A DNA stretch of 64,000 nt, taken from contig CBDCTH010000012.1 in the NCBI GenBank assembly GCA_965222155.1, forward strand, positions 896,001-960,000, in the 5' to 3' direction. Under the pieces are notes generated by a model. That model had not been told where the DNA came from. It was given only the letters and a program-made list of their open reading frames with translations, and searched no databases. The translations under genes and the position numbers were made by a program. Positions 1 to 10,306 of the stretch are shown piece by piece (position 1 is the first letter of the stretch; each line of letters begins with the position of its first letter). The DNA is from Gammaproteobacteria bacterium. Its GTDB lineage: Bacteria; Pseudomonadota; Gammaproteobacteria; Eutrophobiales; Eutrophobiaceae.

Positions 1-785
1 TCAACCAATCGGCTCAGCTCGTCGTACTCCCGTATTGCGGTCAACGGCAGTACGGTGACGCCTGAACCGGCTGCCACCATCTGTTTGATTGTGTCAATCG
101 AACTGCCTTCCAGGGTTTTTTGCATTTTGTCCTTAGAAAACGTATCGCTTTTGCAGGCCGGACAGACGTCTATGACCTGATCCCTGAAACAATTGCCCGA
201 TTTCAGTAGCAGCAGGGTTTCCTCGATCAGGTCATTTGCCTTGATTTGTTTTTTATCCGACAGCCAGTGGTTTTTCGGCAGCATGACCGTGAACGGCTCT
301 TTGTACAATACGTCAAGGGTTGTGCCCGGCTGCTCAAACGGCGTGGAGATGATAATCATGTCGAGCTCCCCGCGTTTAAGCTGCTCTGCTAGGTTCAAGG
401 TGAAATTCTCTTCGATGATGAGCGTCAACTCGGGCGCCTCCCGGTTGAGCAGGGGAATAAGGTGCGGCAGCAGGAAAGGCCCGATCGTGTAGATGACGCC
501 CAGCTTCAGGGAGCCTTTCAACTGGTCTTTCTCAGCCCCAGCGATGGCCTTGATGGCGTTTACCTGTTCCAGCACGGTAATTGCCTGCTCGACGATGCGC
601 CGGCCTACCGGGGTAACCGTGACATCATGGGGGCGCCGTTCAAAAATCGTCACGTCCAGTTCATCTTCCAGTTTTTTGATCGCCACGCTGAGTGTCGGCT
701 GGCTGACGAAGCAGGCCGCGGCGGCCCTGCCGAAGTGCAGTTCGCGGGATACGGCGACGATATAGCGTAGTTCGGTTAAGGTCAT
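1..785 (-). CDS. oxyR: LysR-family hydrogen peroxide-inducible activator OxyR (runs off the left edge; absent from the ORF track)
   Basis: Manual translation from ATG at 785 gives MTLTELRYIVAVSRELHFGRAAAACFVSQPTLSVAIKKLEDEL, the LysR HTH typical of OxyR, and later GNCFRDQV containing the redox-sensing Cys. Confidence 0.9.
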   Translation of the reverse strand, partial: MTLTELRYIVAVSRELHFGRAAAACFVSQPTLSVAIKKLEDELDVTIFERRPHDVTVTPVGRRIVEQAITVLEQVNAIKAIAGAEKDQLKGSLKLGVIYTIGPFLLPHLIPLLNREAPELTLIIEENFTLNLAEQLKRGELDMIIISTPFEQPGTTLDVLYKEPFTVMLPKNHWLSDKKQIKANDLIEETLLLLKSGNCFRDQVIDVCPACKSDTFSKDKMQKTLEGSSIDTIKQMVAAGSGVTVLPLTAIREYDELSRLV

Positions 786-795
786 GGGCGCGGCT

Positions 796-1602
796 TCAGC
801 GGGTAAGCGCGGCCTTCGCCCGGACGAAAGGGAATTGCCCGACCCCGGATGGTGAAGAATGAAGCATTTTCAGTAAAGCAAGGTCAACGTAATTGCGGCC
901 GAATGACTTGCCTGCCGTTAACCAGAACGGATTGTCGGGTTCTCCCAGATGGTTTATTACCAGTGATGCGCCGGCGAAATCATTATCGATAGTCAGGGGA
1001 TGTGTGGTGATAATCGTCTTTATACCCGCTGCAAGCGCGGCAAGATTACCGTTACTCGTATCTTCTATTGCGATACAGTTTTCCGCATTGATACCCAGTT
1101 TTGCCAGGGTGTATTGATAGACAGCCGGCGAAGGTTTCTTGTCTGCAACGATATCGCAGGTGACTACGGTTGCAAAAAGTTCATCGTCATTTCTCCCGAA
1201 CGCACTGTGCAGCAGGGTATTGACGTTTTCCGCTGAAGAGCTTGTTGCGATCGCCAGTTTCAGATCGGCCAGTCTGCATTCCTTGATCAGCCGACGGATA
1301 CCAGGACGCAATTTGATGTTGCTCTCTACCAGTATTTGCCTGTATAAGACCGATTTTCTTTGGTGTATGGTGTTCGTGGTCCGGTGCAACTCGTCATCAG
1401 CCATACCGGCCCGACGCAGGCAATGGTAAATTCTTTCCTTGCCGCCGGAAATGGAGAGCAGTTGTTTATACTCGCGGCGCGACCAGTTCAGCGGGCAACC
1501 GCACTCTTCGAACGCAAGATTAAAGGCCTGACGATGCAACTCTTCCGTATCGGCAAGGGTCCCGTCCATGTCAAAGATAATTGCCTTGAGTTCGCGCATC
1601 AT
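796..1602 (-). CDS. HAD-superfamily IA hydrolase, CbbY-like
   Basis: Motifs FDMDGTLADTE, IATSS, KKPSP and AIEDT. Confidence 0.85.
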   Translation of the reverse strand: MMRELKAIIFDMDGTLADTEELHRQAFNLAFEECGCPLNWSRREYKQLLSISGGKERIYHCLRRAGMADDELHRTTNTIHQRKSVLYRQILVESNIKLRPGIRRLIKECRLADLKLAIATSSSAENVNTLLHSAFGRNDDELFATVVTCDIVADKKPSPAVYQYTLAKLGINAENCIAIEDTSNGNLAALAAGIKTIITTHPLTIDNDFAGASLVINHLGEPDNPFWLTAGKSFGRNYVDLALLKMLHSSPSGVGQFPFVRAKAALTR

Positions 1603-3218
1603 TGTTTCTCAAGGAAATTATACGCGACACGCCGCGCCTCATCAAGCGTACCGACAACCTGACTCGCCGGCACATGTTGCAGGATATCGAGGGTACGGAG
1701 AGTGTCAGCGATGGTCTCCGAGAGACCCATCACAACGACCTCGGTTTGTTTTTCCGTAGCGACGTTCATAAGCCTCTCCACGACCATGGCGGCGCTGTCG
1801 TCAAGATACGTCGTATCGGAGAAATCAAAGATCACGATCTCATGGTCTTTGATATCCTCACCTATCACTTCAACAAGTTTCCTGGACGATGCAACGGTGA
1901 AACTTCCCTTGAGCGCCACCAGGCCGACCTGCGCCGAATACGGGTCAGTCAGGGCCATGTCCCGGTACTCGGAGAAGAACGTCCGATCCAGCAGGGGTAC
2001 GGAGATTACACTGTCAAGTTCCAGGGTTTCCAGTTGCTGTGCGTGCGTCATACCCGCGGCGATCAGTCCTATTGCCACGGCGGTGACCAGGTCAACGAAC
2101 ACGGTCAGTCCCAGTGTAAGCAGCATAACGATCAGGTGCTCACGCCGGATGCGGTGCACAAGAGTCAGAAAACGCCAGTCAATAATGTCCCAGCCGATTT
2201 TCATCAGGATACCGGCAAGCACGGCATGGGGAATTGGTTCCACGTACTGTCCCAGGCCCAGCAACAGCATCAGCAGCAGTAACGAGCGCAACACGCCCGA
2301 CACGGAAGTCCGACCGCCGGCGCGTATGTTGGTCACGGTGCCCATGGTGGCCCCGGCGCCCGGCAATCCGCCGAATACTCCGGCTACCATATTGCCGATG
2401 CCCTGGCCCACCAGTTCCCGGTTGGGTTGATGTTGCGTGCCGGTGAGCGAATCGGCAATCAGGGAGGTGAGAAGACTGTCTACGGAACCAAGCAGGGCAA
2501 GAATGATCGCCGGTTCCACTGCACTGACCAGGAAACCGGCTGAAGGTACGTAAAACTGAAATTCCGGCAGTCCCACGGGCATCTGCCCTATAACCGGGGC
2601 GTTATTCAGCCACAACACGCCCAGCAGTGTGCCTGCAACCAGTGATGCAAGAGGGGACGGCAGATACCTGACCAGCCGGCGCGGCCAGAGTATCCCTATG
2701 CCCAGGCTGACCATGCCGATAACGAATGCGCTGGCGTTAAAACCGGCCAGTGCCTCCGGCAACTCCTGCAGTGCGCCCATGGGTCCGTGCGGCGAGGTGG
2801 GCGCTCCCAGGAACGGCAGGACCTGGATCAGGATAATGATGATGCCGATACCCGACATAAACCCGGAAATAACCACGTAAGGGGTGTAGGCAACGAAGCG
2901 ACCGAGCTTTGATATGCCCAGCAGCACCTGCAGCAGGCCGCCCATGACAACTACGGTCAGGGCTTCGGCCAGGTTCGATGCATGGGTCGTGACAATGACT
3001 GCCATCGCGACGGTCATCGACGGGGTGGGGCCGGAGATCTGGGAGCGGGTACCACCAAACACCGAGGCGAAAAAGCCGACCGCGATCGCGCCGTATATGC
3101 CCGCTGCCGCTCCCAGGCCCGACGCGACGCCGAAGGCCAGTGCGACCGGCAGGGCTACGATTGCGGAAGTAATGCCACCGAAGAGATCACCACGAAATGT
3201 CTGGAAATCGTAGTTCAC
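1599..3218 (-). CDS. SulP/SLC26 anion transporter with C-terminal STAS domain
   Basis: GDLFGGITSAIVALPVALAFG, GQGIGN and STAS-like DFSDTTYLDDSAA. Start moved to GTG 3218 because the ORF-track start (3335) overlaps the fumarase gene; exact start uncertain. Confidence 0.85.
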   Translation of the reverse strand: MNYDFQTFRGDLFGGITSAIVALPVALAFGVASGLGAAAGIYGAIAVGFFASVFGGTRSQISGPTPSMTVAMAVIVTTHASNLAEALTVVVMGGLLQVLLGISKLGRFVAYTPYVVISGFMSGIGIIIILIQVLPFLGAPTSPHGPMGALQELPEALAGFNASAFVIGMVSLGIGILWPRRLVRYLPSPLASLVAGTLLGVLWLNNAPVIGQMPVGLPEFQFYVPSAGFLVSAVEPAIILALLGSVDSLLTSLIADSLTGTQHQPNRELVGQGIGNMVAGVFGGLPGAGATMGTVTNIRAGGRTSVSGVLRSLLLLMLLLGLGQYVEPIPHAVLAGILMKIGWDIIDWRFLTLVHRIRREHLIVMLLTLGLTVFVDLVTAVAIGLIAAGMTHAQQLETLELDSVISVPLLDRTFFSEYRDMALTDPYSAQVGLVALKGSFTVASSRKLVEVIGEDIKDHEIVIFDFSDTTYLDDSAAMVVERLMNVATEKQTEVVVMGLSETIADTLRTLDILQHVPASQVVGTLDEARRVAYNFLEKQ

Positions 3219-3241
3219 CTGGGCTATTGGAAAATTGTTGT

Positions 3242-4780
3242 TTATGATTGAAGGCGCGCCGTCGCAGCCTTGTTCCTGAAAATAATCTCCTGCCACTGTG
3301 CCGGGCCGGTATGATGGACGGAATTGCCGCCGCAATCCACGGCGACGGTAACCGGCATGTCTTTCACCTCGAATTCATGGATGGCTTCCATCCCCATCTC
3401 CGCAAAGGCTACCACCCTGGAACCGGTAATTGCCCTGGAAACCAGGTAGGCGGCGCCGCCGACGGCCGTCAGGTAGACCGCACCGTGTTTCTTTATGGCT
3501 GCCAGTCCTTCCGGGCCGCGTTCTGCCTTGCCTATCATGCCGATCAAGCCTGTTCTCTCCAGCATCAGGTCGGTAAATTTATCCATCCTGGTTGCCGTGG
3601 TGGGCCCTGCCGGACCGACAACTTCATCCCTGACCGCATCGACCGGCCCCACGTAGTAGATGAAACGATTGGTAAAATCGACTCCCTCCGGGAGTGGTTC
3701 CTCTTGGATCAACAGGCTGTTCAAACGCTTGTGTGCGGCATCCCTGCCGGTCAGTAATTTACCGCTCAGCAACAGGGTTTCACCGGGGCGCCAATCGGCT
3801 AAGTCATTCCGGCTGAGCTTGTCCAGGTTGACGCGCCGGGAGCCGGGACCGGCTTCCCAGCTTATGTCGGGCCAGTCATCCAGGCTGGGGGGTGTCTGCA
3901 GGGCAGGACCGCTGCCGTCCAGGATGAAATGCGTATGACGGGTAGCGGCACAGTTGGGAATCAGACCCACAGGCAGGGATGCGGCATGGGTGGGATAATC
4001 AATGATCTTTACGTCCAGCACCGTGGTCAGGCCGCCCAGGCCCTGGGCGCCTATCCCCAGGTCGTTTACCCGGTCGAATATTTCCAGGCGCAATTCCTCC
4101 AGTTTCGATTGCGGGCCCCGTTGTTTCAGTTCCTGGATATCTATCGGATCAAGCAGCGCTTCCTTTGCCAGCACCACCGCTTTCTCCGCCGTACCGCCGA
4201 TACCGATACCCAGGATCCCCGGCGGGCACCAGCCGGCTCCCAGGGTCGGCACAACGTCCACGACCCAGTCTGAAATACTGTCACTGGGGTTGAGCATCGC
4301 CATTTTTGCCTTGTTTTCAGAACCCCCGCCCTTGGCCGCGAGCCGGACCTCTACCTTGTCTCCCGGGACCACCTCCATGTGAATGACCGCCGGCGTGTTA
4401 TCGCCGGTATTTTTGCGGGAGCCGGCCGGATCCGCCATGATGGAGGCCCGCAAAATGTTATCCGGATGGGTGTAGGCGCGCCTGACGCCCTCGTTAACCA
4501 TATCGGCGACACTCATTGCCGTGTCGTCCCAGCGGACGTCCATACCGATTTTAATAAATACCGTGACGATCCCGGTATCCTGGCAGATCGGCCGGCGCCC
4601 TTCCGCGCACATCCTGGAATTGACCAGTATCTGCGCCAGTGCATCTTTGGCCGCCGGGGATTCTTCCCGCTGGTAGGCGTTGTGTACCGCTGCGATAAAA
4701 TCCTGCGGATGGTAGTAGGATATAAACTGCAGGGAATCCACAACGCTTGTTATCAGATCATCTGGTTTGATTGTTGCCAT
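3242..4780 (-). CDS. fumA: Class I (Fe-S) fumarate hydratase
   Basis: PICQDTG, KGGGSEN, GAGWCPP, GRDAAHKR and GPTTATRMD motifs. Confidence 0.92.
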   Translation of the reverse strand: MATIKPDDLITSVVDSLQFISYYHPQDFIAAVHNAYQREESPAAKDALAQILVNSRMCAEGRRPICQDTGIVTVFIKIGMDVRWDDTAMSVADMVNEGVRRAYTHPDNILRASIMADPAGSRKNTGDNTPAVIHMEVVPGDKVEVRLAAKGGGSENKAKMAMLNPSDSISDWVVDVVPTLGAGWCPPGILGIGIGGTAEKAVVLAKEALLDPIDIQELKQRGPQSKLEELRLEIFDRVNDLGIGAQGLGGLTTVLDVKIIDYPTHAASLPVGLIPNCAATRHTHFILDGSGPALQTPPSLDDWPDISWEAGPGSRRVNLDKLSRNDLADWRPGETLLLSGKLLTGRDAAHKRLNSLLIQEEPLPEGVDFTNRFIYYVGPVDAVRDEVVGPAGPTTATRMDKFTDLMLERTGLIGMIGKAERGPEGLAAIKKHGAVYLTAVGGAAYLVSRAITGSRVVAFAEMGMEAIHEFEVKDMPVTVAVDCGGNSVHHTGPAQWQEIIFRNKAATARLQS

Positions 4781-4823
4781 GGTGTTTGCCCGTTTGCCGG
4801 TTCAGCATCTGGTGATAGTATAA

Positions 4824-5819
4824 CGTAAGGCGGCGCCTGCCCACAGCCGTTATGTAAAGGTCTCGATCATTGACAGTGAGGGGGAACGGCACAGCCGTTT
4901 GAGGAAGTCGGTATTCAGGCTTTTTACAATCCCGCGGGTCAATCAACTGAGCGGCTTTATCCAGGATTTAATCAACCGACAAATCGACATTGTGGCATCG
5001 GAAAAAGAGTTCGATTTCATTGAAGATCTGGTTGCCCCCGTACCGGGCTTTGTCATTGGGGAAATGCTGGGTGTGCCGGAATCGAACCGTCTTCAATTAC
5101 GCACCTGGTCGGAAAATATCGTCCAGTTTTTTGAGCCGGAACGGACCGAGGCGCACAGGCAACTGGCGGAGCAGGCGACGACGGAGTTTGCGGCATACCT
5201 GACTGAAATGACAGAAATTCGCCGGAAACAACCACAGCTTGACCTGATATCAGAAATGATCGCATGGCGTGATGGTAGCGACTGCCTGAATCAAGACGAT
5301 CTGATTTCGACTGCCATGACTGTTCTCATGGCAGGACACGGCTCGACCATCGATGCATCAGCGAATGGTATGCTGGCATTACTCCAGCATCCGCAGCAGA
5401 TGGCCGCGCTGAAAGCCGATCCCCGGCTGATTCATACCACCGTGCAGGAAATACTCCGCTTTGAGCCGCCGTTGCCCCATTTTCATCGGTATGTGCTGGA
5501 AGATATGGAGTACAAAGGATACTCATTTAAAAAAGGCACGAAGCTGGGGTTTCTGTATGCATCGGCCAATCGGGACGACGCTTGCTTCGATAATCCTGCT
5601 TCATTTGATATCCGCCGCGACCCAAACCGGCACCTGGCGTTTGGCGGCGGCGTTCACCATTGCTTGGGTAACCACCTGGCGCGTCTGAATATGGGGATCA
5701 TGTTCAACACCGTTTTACGGCGATTGCCCGGGTTGAGACTGGCGGTGACCGCAGACCGACTTAAATGGAAGACCGGCATCCAGAGTCGCGGCCTGGTGAC
5801 CCTGCCCGTGAAGTTCTAA
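4824..5819 (+). pseudogene. Cytochrome P450, apparently 5'-truncated
   Basis: Heme motif FGGGVHHCLG, ExxR (EILR) and I-helix AGHGST. P450-like sequence (SIIDSEGERHSRLR) continues in frame upstream of the TTG at 4899 to a stop at 4821, with no ATG. Confidence 0.7.
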
Positions 5820-5902
5820 TCTTGAGGACGTCGTCAATACTGCGCTTCGAGTGATACTGATCTTATAACAACGCGGCTTTCAGGATAAAGGAGGCATACC
5901 AA

Positions 5903-6088
5903 GTGGAATTCGGCATCTGTTTTAAGGGTACCGTCAGCCCCGGCGAGGCTGCCGGACGGGATATGTCGAACTTCAGGGTAATGTCTGCTGCGCCTGCCTA
6001 TTTTGGTTCCCTGGATGAATGTGTTGATGCAAGCAAATGGTTTCCGGCAATGGTAGGCAAGCACGTTATCCTTGAGTTCATTGGATAG
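5903..6088 (+). pseudogene. Internally deleted remnant of a luciferase-like (LLM), probably F420-dependent, oxidoreductase
   Basis: Strong RBS (AAGGAGG). N-terminus MEFGICFKG is joined directly to AAGRD..VMSAAPAY..WFPAMVGKHV, which resembles an internal segment of LLM oxidoreductases; only 61 aa. Confidence 0.5.
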
Positions 6089-6112
6089 CAAAACTTGTGA
6101 CCATTACCGTAA

Positions 6113-7639
6113 CTACTTCGGCAACTGCCCCGCCAGCATGTGAGGTTTCACCAGTAATCTTTCCAGTAACTCAAAGAAAAGTTCCACCAGGATGGCCAGG
6201 CCCGCCGCCGGGATGGCGCCCTGCAGGATCAGGTTGGTATCGTTGAGCGCCAGTCCGGTTACGATAGGTTCACCCAGCCCGCCTGCGCCGATGAACGCAG
6301 CCAGGGTCGCCGTGCCGATGCTGATGATGGCTGCCGTCCTGACGCCCGCCAGGATAGTCGGTAGCGCTATCGGTAGTAATACATGGCGCAGTTGTTCCCA
6401 CCTGGTCAAGCCTATGGCTTCGGCCACCCGTTTCAACAGCGGGTCGATAGTGACCAGCGCGGTAATGGTGTTTCGCAGTATGGGCAACAGGGAATACAGA
6501 AACAGCGCGATGATCGCCGGTCGTTCACCAATCCCGAACAGCGGGATCATCAGCGCCAGTAATGCGATGGAAGGGATGGTCTGCAGCAACCCGGCAAGGT
6601 AAACGGTGACTCTCGCCACGGAACGGATGCGAAAAACAAGAATGCCCAGCGGCAGACCCAACAGGCAGCCCAGGGCCAGGGCTATAGCCGTCAGCTTGAG
6701 ATGGGTCACGGTATTGCCCAGGATCGAAGAGACAAGCCCGTATTCAACTTCCGTATCCCCCAGTCCTTCATCCCGGATGAATTCACTCGCAACTTCTGCA
6801 AAGCTCTTACCGTCGATGGTCGTCATCCTGTTCAGTTCCTGCATACGGTCATCGTCGATTCTTCCGGACAGACCAAGCAGGACTTCCCTGGCCCTATCCG
6901 ACAGCTCCAGGCGCGTAAACGGGACGGCAAAATATTGCGGGAAATAACCCCGGTCGTCGTCGAGCACGGTCAAGGCATACCTGGCCAGTTCTCCGTCGGT
7001 GGAATAGGCATCAATCACATCAACAGATCCGTCGACGATGGCTTGGTAGGCCAGACCGTGTTCAATACCTGTGGGCTTTCCGGACAGACCGTAAGTCCTG
7101 TCCAGGCCGGGCCAGCCATCTTCCCGATTCAGGAATTCCAGGGAGAAGGCCAGAACCAGTTCCGGGTGGGACGCCAGGTCCGATATCCGCGAAATCCCTT
7201 TCTCCTCGGAGGTTTTTTCCCGCATCACCAGGGCGTACGTATTGTTGAACCCGAGTGGATCGAGTACCTGCAGGCCCTGTTCCGAGACCGCCGTATTCAG
7301 TTGGTCCAGAGCCGTTGCCGGAATATCTGTCTTCAGGATGACTTCCGCCAGGGTGCCTGTATACTCCACGTAAACATCTATCGCGCCATTTGCCAGGGCC
7401 TCGTAACAGACCAGTGTGCCGCCCAGACCGAATTTGCGGTCGACGCTGAACCCTTCCAGTTCCAGTGACTGTGCGAAAATCTCGGCCAGCAGGTAGCCTT
7501 CATTGAAGTTTTTACTCCCGACGGTGATTTGAGCGAAACTCGGCAGGATACAGAGTAGATACAGGCTCAGACAGATCAGGGGTCGGACCAATATAATCCA
7601 AGATAACTTTTTGATTATGTTGGAAAAATATCTGAACAT
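6113..7639 (-). CDS. Osmoprotectant (glycine betaine/choline) ABC transporter, fused substrate-binding and permease
   Basis: OpuAC-like VGSKNFNE..YVEYTGT..GFNNTYAL followed by permease QTIPSIALLALMIP and an EAA-like loop; start uncertain. Confidence 0.88.
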   Translation of the reverse strand: MFRYFSNIIKKLSWIILVRPLICLSLYLLCILPSFAQITVGSKNFNEGYLLAEIFAQSLELEGFSVDRKFGLGGTLVCYEALANGAIDVYVEYTGTLAEVILKTDIPATALDQLNTAVSEQGLQVLDPLGFNNTYALVMREKTSEEKGISRISDLASHPELVLAFSLEFLNREDGWPGLDRTYGLSGKPTGIEHGLAYQAIVDGSVDVIDAYSTDGELARYALTVLDDDRGYFPQYFAVPFTRLELSDRAREVLLGLSGRIDDDRMQELNRMTTIDGKSFAEVASEFIRDEGLGDTEVEYGLVSSILGNTVTHLKLTAIALALGCLLGLPLGILVFRIRSVARVTVYLAGLLQTIPSIALLALMIPLFGIGERPAIIALFLYSLLPILRNTITALVTIDPLLKRVAEAIGLTRWEQLRHVLLPIALPTILAGVRTAAIISIGTATLAAFIGAGGLGEPIVTGLALNDTNLILQGAIPAAGLAILVELFFELLERLLVKPHMLAGQLPK

Positions 7640-7807
7640 GACGTTTTTTCCAGCCTTAGAAGGCGTTTTTTGCGGTGAAGAACATCATTTTAAGCAACAC
7701 TCTACGCTGACAAGTAATATTGTGTCCTTTTTCGTAGTAAAAAGTGCCTTCTAAGGCTGAAAAAAGCTCATTCATCGATATATTAGTCTGTAAAATCAAA
7801 TAGTTAT
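7603..7807. repeat. AT-rich imperfect inverted-repeat element (MITE-like)
   Basis: Inner arms TTTTTTCCAGCCTTAGAAGGC and GCCTTCTAAGGCTGAAAAAA; outer arms ATAACTTTTTGATT and AATCAAATAGTTAT. Confidence 0.55.
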
Positions 7808-7813
7808 ATGTGG

Positions 7814-8569
7814 TTATGCAGGTCTGACCCCTGAAAATTCGACCTCGTTCAAAAATAATCCCCTGACATAATCATCAGCCGGGCCTGTCCTGATCTCATG
7901 TAAACTGCCTTGCCGAATAACCTGACCCTGCTTCAGGATTACCAGCCGCTTGGCGAGCCTGGTTGCCTCACTCATGTCATGCGTCACCAGCAGGATGGAC
8001 CTGTCGCCGGTATGCTCGAGTTGCAGCAATTCCCGGTAGATGGACGCGCGGGTAATGGGATCGAGTCCTGAGAACGGTTCATCCAGCAACAGCAACGGCG
8101 GGTCCAGCATCATGGCCCGGCATAATCCCACCCGTTGTGCCTGCCCGCCGGACAGACTATGGGGGAAGCGTCCGGATAATTCGTCATCCAGGCCAAACAG
8201 CGCCAGCAGGTTGTTGTATCGGTCCCTGATCCGGCCGGCCGGCCATCCTTCCAGCCTAGCCACCAGGGTTACGTTTTCCCGGATCGTGAGATGGGGAAAC
8301 AAGCCGGCGCCCTGCACGGCGTAACCCATAGTGCGGCGTATTCCGGGTAAACGGCTGTAATCCAGTAACTCACCCTGTACCCGGACGCTGCCGGAATCAG
8401 GTAAAACCAGTCCGTTGATCAGTTGCAGGAGGGTTGACTTGCCGCTGCCGCTCTCCCCGACAATCGCCGTCGTGGTATTTACCGGCAGCGCCAGGGAGAC
8501 ATCCCGGATGACCGGCTTGCCGCCGTAGGACTTTATAATGTGCTCAAACTCGATAGAATGACCGGACAA
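7814..8569 (-). CDS. Osmoprotectant ABC transporter ATP-binding subunit
   Basis: Walker A GESGSGKS, signature LSGGQ and Walker B LLLLDEPF. Confidence 0.9.
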   Translation of the reverse strand: MSGHSIEFEHIIKSYGGKPVIRDVSLALPVNTTTAIVGESGSGKSTLLQLINGLVLPDSGSVRVQGELLDYSRLPGIRRTMGYAVQGAGLFPHLTIRENVTLVARLEGWPAGRIRDRYNNLLALFGLDDELSGRFPHSLSGGQAQRVGLCRAMMLDPPLLLLDEPFSGLDPITRASIYRELLQLEHTGDRSILLVTHDMSEATRLAKRLVILKQGQVIRQGSLHEIRTGPADDYVRGLFLNEVEFSGVRPA

Positions 8570-8717
8570 GCTGACAAGACCTCATTATTGCCAAAGCAGT
8601 CAGTATAACCAACGTTGTCGATAGATGCTCCACCGCCATTCCGGCTTTCCCCTGGCATCCTGCGTCACTTCGTCATTCTGGCGAATGACGAGGGGGTCCA
8701 CATAATTCCCCCAGATC

Positions 8718-10253
8718 TTACTGGTTGCTTGGAAAGGAAAACTGCGCCTTCTCGACAGAATCAGAGGGCCAACGTTGGGTGATAGTCTTGCGTCGCGTGT
8801 AAAAACGGATGGAATCGGGAACGTAAGCACTGAGATCGCCAAACAGGGAACGTTTCCAGCCACCGAAGCTGTGATAGGCAACCGGTACCGGCAAAGGCAC
8901 GTTGACGCCGACCATGCCGACTTTGATATTGTCAGTGAAATAACGGGCGATACCGCCATCACGGGTAAACAGGCAGGTGCCGTTTCCGTATTCGTGTTCA
9001 TCAGTGATCCGCATCGCCTCCTGCAGGCTCTGCACACGCACCACGCATAAAACGGGACCGAATATTTCCTCCTTGTAGATACGCATTTCCGCGGTCACTT
9101 GGTCAAACAGGCAGCCACCAAGAAAGAATCCGTCCGGCTGGTGGGGAACACTAAACTCACGCCCATCCACCACCAGTTCGGCGCCTTCCGCCACACCCAG
9201 GTCAACATAGCCGCGTACTTTCTCGTAGTGAGGTTTGCTGATTAGAGGCCCCATTTCATTATGGCTGTCGATGCCCGCACCGATCTTCAGGTCAGCCACT
9301 CGCAGCGATAGTTTTTTTACCACTTCATCGGCAACTTCGTCACCGACACACACTACTACGGAAATGGCCATACAGCGTTCGCCACAGGAACCATAAGCGG
9401 CGCCCATTAACGCATTCACTGCGTTATCCATATCGGCATCCGGCATGACAATGGCGTGGTTCTTCGCGCCTCCCAATGCCTGGACTCTTTTTCCATTGAC
9501 CGTCCCGGTTTGATAAATGTATTCAGCCACAGGAGTTGATCCCACAAAGCTCACGGCTTCCACTCTGGGGTCAGCCAACAAGGTATCAACGGCTTTTTTG
9601 TCCCCATTGACAACATTAAACACGCCATCCGGTAATCCCGCTTCTTTGAATAGTTCAGCTATACGGGTTGGCGCGCCAGGGTCTTTTTCCGATGGTTTCA
9701 GCACAAAAGTATTGCCGCAAATGATGGCCATGGGGTACATCCACAGGGGCACCATAGCCGGAAAATTAAACGGGGTAATACCGGCAACGACTCCCAGCGG
9801 CTGAAATTCGGACCAACTGTCAATGCCGGGGCTGACGTCCTTACTGTGTTCCCCCTTCAATAATTCGGGCGCGCCACAGGCATATTCAACAACCTCCACA
9901 CCCCGGGCGAACTCGCCACGTGCGTCATCCAGGACTTTACCGTGTTCTGCAGTCAATAAAGTAACGATCTCATTTGCGTGTTGTTCCAATAACGTCTTAA
10001 AACGGAACATGATCCGGGCCCGTTTGATGGGGGGTGTCTGGCGCCACGCCGGATAAGCTGCCGCCGCGGCCGCAATGGCTTTCTCCACCGTTGCCTTACC
10101 CGCCAGCGCCACGTGGTGCGTGATTTGACCCGTAGCGGGATTATAAATTGCCTGCATGCGCTCATTAGCGTCTGTTACTGCATGACCGTTGATATAATGC
10201 CCGACAACATGGTCGGTCAGGTTCAGGTCTTCTACTGGTCGTATTGATCTCAT
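8718..10253 (-). CDS. mmsA: CoA-acylating methylmalonate-semialdehyde dehydrogenase
   Basis: ITPFNFPAMVPLWM, LGGAKNH, CGERCMA and GVNVPLPVP. Confidence 0.92.
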   Translation of the reverse strand: MRSIRPVEDLNLTDHVVGHYINGHAVTDANERMQAIYNPATGQITHHVALAGKATVEKAIAAAAAAYPAWRQTPPIKRARIMFRFKTLLEQHANEIVTLLTAEHGKVLDDARGEFARGVEVVEYACGAPELLKGEHSKDVSPGIDSWSEFQPLGVVAGITPFNFPAMVPLWMYPMAIICGNTFVLKPSEKDPGAPTRIAELFKEAGLPDGVFNVVNGDKKAVDTLLADPRVEAVSFVGSTPVAEYIYQTGTVNGKRVQALGGAKNHAIVMPDADMDNAVNALMGAAYGSCGERCMAISVVVCVGDEVADEVVKKLSLRVADLKIGAGIDSHNEMGPLISKPHYEKVRGYVDLGVAEGAELVVDGREFSVPHQPDGFFLGGCLFDQVTAEMRIYKEEIFGPVLCVVRVQSLQEAMRITDEHEYGNGTCLFTRDGGIARYFTDNIKVGMVGVNVPLPVPVAYHSFGGWKRSLFGDLSAYVPDSIRFYTRRKTITQRWPSDSVEKAQFSFPSNQ

Positions 10254-10306
10254 TTGAGTATTCTGGTGTTAATCAAGCGTGTATATCAGTTTACCAACAA
10301 TATGCT

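Noticed and set aside
3219-3335. N-terminal extension of the SulP ORF
   Set aside because: Overlaps the fumarase 3' end and lies before the start of SulP similarity.
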